In this document: positions 57,879 through 64,000 of the stretch, piece by piece
Numbering within the stretch: position 1 is the first letter of the stretch
How the letters are laid out: every line of letters begins with the position of its first letter
From: Candidatus Latescibacterota bacterium
GTDB lineage: Bacteria; Latescibacterota; UBA2968; UBA8231
DNA: 64,000 nt
Direction of reading: 5' to 3'
Assembly (NCBI GenBank): GCA_965204725.1
Contig: OZ242005.1
Span: forward strand, 672,001-736,000
Notes under the pieces: generated by a model
What the model was told of the DNA's origin: nothing
What the model saw: only the letters and a program-made list of their open reading frames with translations
Databases searched by the model: none
Translations under genes and position numbers: made by a program

Positions 57879-58808
57879 ATGAGATACTGCGCCCTCGCGG
57901 CCTGCATCTTCCTTTCGACCTGCTGGACGCCCGTTGCGGCGATCAACCCCAACGCCGGCACCACGGGATTCAACTTTCTCAAAATCGGCGTTGGCACCCG
58001 CGCGGCCGCGCTCGGTGGGGCCTATGCGGCCGTGTCTGGCAACATCGAGGCATCGGCTTGGAATCCCGCCGGGCTTTTCGGCTTAGACGAGCGCACGGCC
58101 GCGCTGGCTTACAACAGCTATTTCTTAGATTCTCAAGCCGGCTTTGCCTCCATCGCCGTCCCCAAGGGGTCGCGCGTCCACGCCCTGAGCGTCCAATACG
58201 TCTCCCACGGCGACTTGCTGCACACCGACTTGGAAGGGCGCGATTTGGGGACCTTTTCGGCCACCGATCTGGCCGCTTATCTGTCCATCGCCCAACAACT
58301 CGGGCCAGACTGGCTGGCCATTGGCGCGAATCTAAAAGCCGTCTATTCAAACATGGCCGAGTTTTCTGCGGACGCTTATCTCGCTGATCTCGGCCTCCTC
58401 GTCCGCGCCCCAATCGCGGGCACGACCCTCGGCGCGGCCATCGCCAATTTAGGTTTTGTGCGCTCGGGCTATACGGCCGGTTTCAAGGACTCGCTTCCGG
58501 TACACATCCGCTTGGGGGCGGCCCATCGCCTCGCGCACCTGCCGGTGCCCGCGCTCTTGGTCGCCGATTTCAACTTGCCCAACGACAACGACTCCTATCT
58601 GGCCTTCGGCCTCGAAGTCCAGCTTGCCGAGGGGCTTTACATCCGGCCCGGTTACAGCACCCAACAAATCGGCAGTCAAGACGAGGAGCCGGTGGGCCTG
58701 AGTGCCGGGGCCGGCTTGGCCATGCGCCGCTATGCGGTTGATTACGCCTACTCGTCCTTGCCCGATTTGGGCCAAGTCCATCGGGTATCGATCATCGGCA
58801 CCTTTTGA
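57879..58808 (+). CDS. PorV/PorQ-family (UPF0164) outer membrane barrel
   Basis: Signal peptide, FLKIGVGTRAAALGGA, WNPAGL, DYAY, HRVS..F. Confidence 0.8.
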   Translation: MRYCALAACIFLSTCWTPVAAINPNAGTTGFNFLKIGVGTRAAALGGAYAAVSGNIEASAWNPAGLFGLDERTAALAYNSYFLDSQAGFASIAVPKGSRVHALSVQYVSHGDLLHTDLEGRDLGTFSATDLAAYLSIAQQLGPDWLAIGANLKAVYSNMAEFSADAYLADLGLLVRAPIAGTTLGAAIANLGFVRSGYTAGFKDSLPVHIRLGAAHRLAHLPVPALLVADFNLPNDNDSYLAFGLEVQLAEGLYIRPGYSTQQIGSQDEEPVGLSAGAGLAMRRYAVDYAYSSLPDLGQVHRVSIIGTF

Positions 58809-58815
58809 GCGCACC

Positions 58816-59730
58816 ATGCCCGGCCTCCGCTCGGACCAACTCGCATTCTTCCACGCCGAGGGCTACGTTCACGTGCCCGACGCCTTGGCCCCCGCAGACT
58901 TGGATCCAGTCCAAGAGGAGCTGGAGGCAATCGTCGAGCGAGCGGCCCAACGCCTGCTGGCGGCTGGCAAAATAGAGCGCGACTATGCGGAGTTGCCGTT
59001 TGCCCAGCGCCTGATTCCCCTCGCCAAAGCCGACGCCAGCGCCCCGGCCGGCATCAACTTCCCCGCTAATCTGGGCCCCAACATCTTCGCCTTTTTGCAC
59101 AACCCCCGGCTGCTCGATCTGGTCGAATCCCTCATTGGGCCGGAAATCTACGCCAACTCCTGCCAGCACATCCGCGCCAAAGTCCCGGCCAGCGACGAGT
59201 ACGCCGGCGCCTTCTCGCAAAACGAATGGGCGCGCTCAACGGCTTGGCACCAAGACCTCGGTGTGTTGCTGCCCGAAGCCGATGACACCCTCGTCGTCAC
59301 CACTTGGATCCCCCTAGTCGATGCCGACGAGGAAAACGGCACCCTGATGATTTACCCTCGCTGCCACCGAGAGCCGTTGCGCCGGCACGTGCGCCCCCCG
59401 GCCGACCAAGGCGGCAGTTTCACCGTCGCCCCCGAAGAACTGCCGCCTTGGGACCCAATCGCCATCCCGGTCCAACGCGGCGGGCTGATCGCCATTCACT
59501 GCCGCACCCCGCACGGCAGCCAACCCAACCGCTCAGACGCGATCCGCTGGAGCATGGACTTGCGCTGGAACGACGCCCGCAAGCCCAACGGTCGGCCCCA
59601 CCTGCCGGGCCTTTTCGTCCGCAGCCAAGAAAGCCCCGAACTCGTGGTGCGCGACCGCGAGGAGTGGCTGACGGCTTGGAAATTCGCCCGCGTCTCCAGC
59701 CGCGGAGCCCGCACCTACCGCTGGACCTGA
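58816..59730 (+). CDS. Phytanoyl-CoA dioxygenase (PhyH) family
   Basis: FHAEGY, WHQD, WIPLVDADEENGTL, HGSQPNRSDAIRWSMDLRW; start set at MPGLRS. Confidence 0.88.
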   Translation: MPGLRSDQLAFFHAEGYVHVPDALAPADLDPVQEELEAIVERAAQRLLAAGKIERDYAELPFAQRLIPLAKADASAPAGINFPANLGPNIFAFLHNPRLLDLVESLIGPEIYANSCQHIRAKVPASDEYAGAFSQNEWARSTAWHQDLGVLLPEADDTLVVTTWIPLVDADEENGTLMIYPRCHREPLRRHVRPPADQGGSFTVAPEELPPWDPIAIPVQRGGLIAIHCRTPHGSQPNRSDAIRWSMDLRWNDARKPNGRPHLPGLFVRSQESPELVVRDREEWLTAWKFARVSSRGARTYRWT

Positions 59731-59733
59731 GAG

Positions 59734-59839
59734 GTTGAACAAGCCGTAGAGCCGGGATCCGTCATTCCCGCGAACGCGGGAATCCAGCCGGGATCGGTTA
59801 GACGCAAGGGACGTTTTCAGACCGCTTCTGAGAACGATC
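59734..59839. repeat. Composite MITE/REP element copy 2
   Basis: gtcattcccgcgaacgcgggaatccag core shared with 38988-39095; right end is reverse complement (23/26) of 38948-38973. Confidence 0.7.
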
Positions 59840-59890
59840 ACGGCCCGCCTCTAGGCGTCCCAGCGGCGTTACCCGCAGTCTGCATCGCTG

Positions 59891-59998
59891 TGTCCCAAAT
59901 GGGGCATTGTAGCCGAGTGCGGCCGAGCGCGGCCTTTTCATAACCCTTTGTTCCTAAAGAAATAACGGCTTAGCCGCCAGCTTGGCCCACTCTTTGCA
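59891..59998 (+). promoter_or_regulatory. Putative sigma54 promoter with upstream palindrome and IHF-like site
   Basis: TGTCCC-AAAT-GGGGCA (59891-59906), TAACCCTTTGTT (59941-59952), TGGCCCACTCTTTGCA (59983-59998, GG-N10-GC). Confidence 0.5.
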
Positions 59999-60009
59999 GG
60001 AGCAGGGGC

Positions 60010-63000
60010 ATGGCCCGTATCTTGCCCCTCGTCATTTTGCTTGGGTTTGCCTCCCTAGCCGAAGCCAGCGTCGTCATCAGCGAAGTGCTCGCTGATCCGC
60101 CTTCAGGGGCGGCTGGCGACGCCAACCAAGATGGCCTGCGCCACACCTATCAGGACGAATTCATCGAACTATACAACGCCGGTTCAGCATCCGTCGATAT
60201 AAGCAACTGGCGGCTGGGCGACAGCGGGTCGCTGAACACCCACTTCCAATTCCCGTCTGGCGCAGTGATCGCCCCCGGCTCGTACGTCGTCCTCTTCGGC
60301 GGCGGTACGCCAGCGGGATTCACCGTCCCCGTCTATACCGATGGCGGGCGCATTGGCGACGGACTGAAAAACAGCGGCGAGAAAATCAGCCTGACCGACG
60401 CCAACGGCACGGAGGTCGCCAGCGTCTCGCACGACACTTGGCCCAAAGACCAGTCTATCGTCCGCAATCCACCCGGCAGCGGAGCGTTTGAACCCCACAA
60501 AACGGTCTCGTCAACTAGGGCACCCTTTTCGCCCGGCCGCGCCGTCAATGACTCGCCGCCTGAACCACCTGCCGAACCACCTGCCGAACCACCTGCCGAA
60601 CCACCTGCCGAACCACCTGCCGAACCGCCTGCCGAACCACCAACCGAACCCCAGACCCCCAGACCGGACTATCTCCTCTTCATCAGCGAAGTGCTCGCCG
60701 ATCCGCCTTTGGGGGCGGCTGGCGACGCCAATCAAGACGGCCAGCGCCACACCTCTCAAGACGAATTCGTCGAACTCTACAACGCCGGTTCAAATCCCAT
60801 CGACCTAAGCGGCTGGCGGTTGGGCGACAGCAATCAGCCGAACACCCACTTCCAATTTCCGTCCGGCGCGGTGATCGCCCCCGGCTCGTACGTCGTCCTC
60901 TTCGGCGGCGGCACACCAACGGGATTCGAGGTCCCCGTCTATACTGACGACGGAAAAATCGGCAACGGATTGACCAACAGCGGCGAGAAAGTTAGCCTGA
61001 CCGCCGCCAACGGCACGGAGATCGCCATCGTCTCGCACGACGATTGGCCCAAGAAGCAATCCCTCGTCCGCCATCCTCTCGACGGCGACGCGCTGGTCCC
61101 GCACAAAACCGCCTCAACGGTCAAGGCCCTCTTCTCGCCCGGGCGCACGCACATCATCCCCAAACCAGACTATCCCCTCTTCATCAGCGAGGTGCTCGCC
61201 GATCCGCCTTCGGGAGCGGCCGGCGACGCCAATAGAGACGGTCAGCGCGACTCCTATCAAGACGAATTCATCGAACTATACAACGCCGGGGCGGTTGCCA
61301 TCTCCTTGGCTGGCTGGCGGCTGGGCGACAGCAAGCCGCTGAACACCCACTTCCAATTCCCGCCCGGCGCGGCAATCGCCGGACATTCGTACGTCGTCCT
61401 CTTTGGCGGCGGCACGCCAACGGGATTCACGACCCCCGTCTATACCGACGACGGGCGCATTGGCAACGGCCTGACCAACAAGGGCGAGAAAATCAGCCTG
61501 ACCGACGTCAACGGCCACGAGATCGCCATTGTCTCGCACGACGATTGGCCCAAAGACCAGTCCTTCGTCCGCATCCCATCGGCGGGCGGCGCGCTGATCC
61601 CGCACAAAACCGCCTCGCCGACCGGAGCACCCTTCTCGCCCGGACACGCCGCGGACACGCGGCCGGTCATCACCTATCCCCTCTTCATCAGCGAGGTACT
61701 CGCCGATCCGCCTTCAGGAGCGGCCGGCGACGCCAATCGAGACGGCCGGCACGACCCCTACGAAGACGAGTTCATCGAACTATACAACGCCGGGCCCGTG
61801 CCCATCGCCCTCGCTGGCTGGCGGTTGGGCGACGCGGGGACGCTCAGCGATTACTTTCGCTTTCCGCGCAACGCCGTCATGGCCCCGCGCTCGTACCTCG
61901 TCCTCTTTGGCGGCGGCAAGCCCTCGGGGTTCACCATCCCCGTCTATACTGACGACGGACGCATTGGCAACGGCCTGCGAAACAGCGGCGAGTCGATCCA
62001 CCTAATCAACGATCACGGCCATGAGGCCGCGTCCCTCTTCCAATCCACTTGGCCCGCCGCCCAATCCCTCACCCGCGTCCCAGTCGCAGGGGGTACGCTA
62101 GTCCCGCACAAAACCGCCTCGCCGACCGAGGCTCCCTTCTCGCCCGGACACGCCCCCGCAATGCGGCCGGTCATCGCTCATGCCCTCTTCATCAGCGAGG
62201 TGCTCACCGACCCGCCTGAGAGACCGGCCGGCGACGCCAATCGAGACGGGCGGCACGATCCCTACGAAGACGAGTTCATCGAACTATACAACGCCGGGCC
62301 CGTGCCCATCGCCCTCGCCGGTTGGCGGTTGGGCGACGCGGGGACGCTCAACGATTACTTCCGCTTTCCGCGCAACGCCGTCATGGCCCCGCGCTCGTAC
62401 CTCGTCCTCTTTGGCGGCGGCAAGCCCTCGGGATTCACCATCCCCGTCTATACCGACGACGGGCGCATTGGCAACGGCCTGCAAAACAGCCGCGAGTCGA
62501 TTCACCTAATCGACGATCGCGGCGATGAGGTCGCGTCCATCTTTCAATCCACTTGGCCCGCTGCCCAATCCCTCACCCGCGTCCCAGCGGCGGGCGGCGC
62601 ATTAGTCCCGCACAAAACCGCCTCGCCCATCAGGGCACCCTTCTCGCCCGGACAAGCCCCAGAAACCCAGACTAAACCCACAAAGCCCAAACCGCCGCCC
62701 ATCCCCAAACCGATCTACGCCCTCTTCATCAGCGAGGTGCTCGCCGACCCGCCCGGCGACGCCAATCGAGACGGCCGGCACGACCCCTACGAGGACGAAT
62801 TCGTCGAACTATACAACGCCGGTCCAACCCCGGTCGATATAGGCGGCTGGCGGTTGGGCGACGCGGCCTCCCTCTTGTCTTACTTCCACTTCCCGGCCGG
62901 CGCGGTGATCGCCCCCGGCTCGTACGTCGTCCTCTTTGGCGGCGGCAGCCCGTCGGGATTCACCGTCCCCGTCTATACCGACGACGGACGCATCGGCAAC

Positions 63001-63489
63001 GGCCTGCAAAACAGCGGCGAAGCCATTCACCTGATCGACGCCACCGGCGATCTAATCGCCAGCCTCTCCCTGCCCACTTGGCCCGCCCGCCAGTCTATCG
63101 CCCGCCACCCACCCGACGGCGGCGCGTTGGTCCCGCACAAAACCGCCTCGCCGACCAGGGCACCCTTCTCGCCCGGACGAGCCAGCGAGCCAGCGGCCAA
63201 AACGCCCGGCCCGGCCTACTCCCTCCAAGTTTGGCCCAACCCCTTCAACGCAACCGCCCACCTCGGCTTCCACCTCAGCCAAGCCGCGACCATCCGCTTG
63301 GCGATCTACAATGTCCAAGGCCAACTCGTGCGCATACTGGTAGATGAGCCGCTCCACGCGGGCGTCCACCGGACGCTCTGGGATGGCCGCGACGAACTCG
63401 GCTATGCCGTGGGCACCGGCCCGTACTTCGCCCGCTTCCGCATCGCGCACCACGCCCCGCACTACGCCAAGCTCGTCCTCCTCCGCTAG
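60010..63489 (+). CDS. Secreted protein with six lamin-tail domains and T9SS-type/FlgD-Ig CTD
   Basis: Six ISEVLADPP..GDAN.DG..DEF(I/V)ELYN..GL.N.GE units; signal peptide; WPNPFN...LVLLR tail. Confidence 0.88.
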   Translation: MARILPLVILLGFASLAEASVVISEVLADPPSGAAGDANQDGLRHTYQDEFIELYNAGSASVDISNWRLGDSGSLNTHFQFPSGAVIAPGSYVVLFGGGTPAGFTVPVYTDGGRIGDGLKNSGEKISLTDANGTEVASVSHDTWPKDQSIVRNPPGSGAFEPHKTVSSTRAPFSPGRAVNDSPPEPPAEPPAEPPAEPPAEPPAEPPAEPPTEPQTPRPDYLLFISEVLADPPLGAAGDANQDGQRHTSQDEFVELYNAGSNPIDLSGWRLGDSNQPNTHFQFPSGAVIAPGSYVVLFGGGTPTGFEVPVYTDDGKIGNGLTNSGEKVSLTAANGTEIAIVSHDDWPKKQSLVRHPLDGDALVPHKTASTVKALFSPGRTHIIPKPDYPLFISEVLADPPSGAAGDANRDGQRDSYQDEFIELYNAGAVAISLAGWRLGDSKPLNTHFQFPPGAAIAGHSYVVLFGGGTPTGFTTPVYTDDGRIGNGLTNKGEKISLTDVNGHEIAIVSHDDWPKDQSFVRIPSAGGALIPHKTASPTGAPFSPGHAADTRPVITYPLFISEVLADPPSGAAGDANRDGRHDPYEDEFIELYNAGPVPIALAGWRLGDAGTLSDYFRFPRNAVMAPRSYLVLFGGGKPSGFTIPVYTDDGRIGNGLRNSGESIHLINDHGHEAASLFQSTWPAAQSLTRVPVAGGTLVPHKTASPTEAPFSPGHAPAMRPVIAHALFISEVLTDPPERPAGDANRDGRHDPYEDEFIELYNAGPVPIALAGWRLGDAGTLNDYFRFPRNAVMAPRSYLVLFGGGKPSGFTIPVYTDDGRIGNGLQNSRESIHLIDDRGDEVASIFQSTWPAAQSLTRVPAAGGALVPHKTASPIRAPFSPGQAPETQTKPTKPKPPPIPKPIYALFISEVLADPPGDANRDGRHDPYEDEFVELYNAGPTPVDIGGWRLGDAASLLSYFHFPAGAVIAPGSYVVLFGGGSPSGFTVPVYTDDGRIGNGLQNSGEAIHLIDATGDLIASLSLPTWPARQSIARHPPDGGALVPHKTASPTRAPFSPGRASEPAAKTPGPAYSLQVWPNPFNATAHLGFHLSQAATIRLAIYNVQGQLVRILVDEPLHAGVHRTLWDGRDELGYAVGTGPYFARFRIAHHAPHYAKLVLLR
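60562..60650 (+). repeat. 12-bp VNTR encoding EPPA linker
   Basis: gaaccacctgcc x7 (last two degenerate). Confidence 0.95.
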
Positions 63490-63656
63490 CCCTTATCGCT
63501 AACTATTGTCCAAGAGGTTGATGAGAGCTTAGAGAATGGGTAACATTCTTCCCGTAAGTTTCGTCAATCAGGAGGTCGTCTAATGCCTAAGAAAATACTT
63601 CGAGAAAGGTCTCTCGTTCGCGAAGGTCATGCGTAGTGAACTGGCGACACGATCAA

Positions 63657-64000
63657 ATGCTGCTATTCGACTCCGAAGCGACGACGCCCCTAGTGCAGAA
63701 CAGGAAGGCAGAGTTTCTGGTCGCCCTCAAAAGCACTGGCAAACTTGACTACAAGAGGTATCTGGGTTCGCCACTTCGATATGCAGGCGGCAAGAGCCTT
63801 GCAGTCGGGTACGTCGTAGAACGCCTGCCGGAAGGGTTGGAGCGGCTCGTTTCGCCGTTCATCGGCGGGGGATCTGTGGAAGTTGCCTGCGCCCGCGAGT
63901 TGGGCATGGAGGTGGTGGCATACGACGTGTTCGACATCCTCTGCAACTATTGGCGCGTACAACTGCGGAACGCCAACGCCCTCTACCAGCGGTTGCAGAA
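63657..64000 (+). CDS. DNA adenine methyltransferase (Dam/D12 class), partial
   Basis: Manual translation: YKRYLGSPLRYAGGKSLAV..LVSPFIGGGSVE..YDVF; runs off window end. Confidence 0.85.
   Translation, partial: MLLFDSEATTPLVQNRKAEFLVALKSTGKLDYKRYLGSPLRYAGGKSLAVGYVVERLPEGLERLVSPFIGGGSVEVACARELGMEVVAYDVFDILCNYWRVQLRNANALYQRLQ

Overview
GC-rich bacterial chromosome segment. Core operons are interleaved with small accessory insertions and tandem paralog arrays. Core genes: ndk-yceD-rpmF-fabH-fabD-fabG-acpP-fabF-rnc-lipoate ligase-oppD/F-ppiD-reductase-nadK on the minus strand; uvrC-xerD-ABC, ecfT-truA, htrA-pssA-tatA-gatA and a PorV-like gene on the plus strand. Gene content (PorV-like barrel, five proteins with a PNPFN/FlgD-Ig secretion-type C-terminal domain, YWTD, LTD, FGE-sulfatase and PhyH genes) suggests an FCB-group organism such as Latescibacterota/Gemmatimonadota, possibly a sponge symbiont; this is inference. 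Accessory highlights: (1) at least five tandem GT-C (ArnT/PMT-like) glycosyltransferases sharing an unnamed C-terminal domain, with a nested MITE seen in empty, full and truncated states at their junctions; (2) an AT-rich hicA plus HicB-PIN-like fusion island flanked by a 16-bp imperfect duplication of the nadK 3' end; (3) three mosaic 12-blade YWTD secreted proteins produced by tandem amplification; (4) an island splitting an ABC operon, with a WG-repeat gene, an Rpn gene with a sigma54 box and internal RBS, an orphan antitoxin and several gene relics; (5) a 6x lamin-tail-domain protein behind a putative sigma54 promoter. No rRNA, tRNA, CRISPR array, reverse transcriptase or intact transposase was seen. 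All protein calls come from motif recognition by eye, not database searches.
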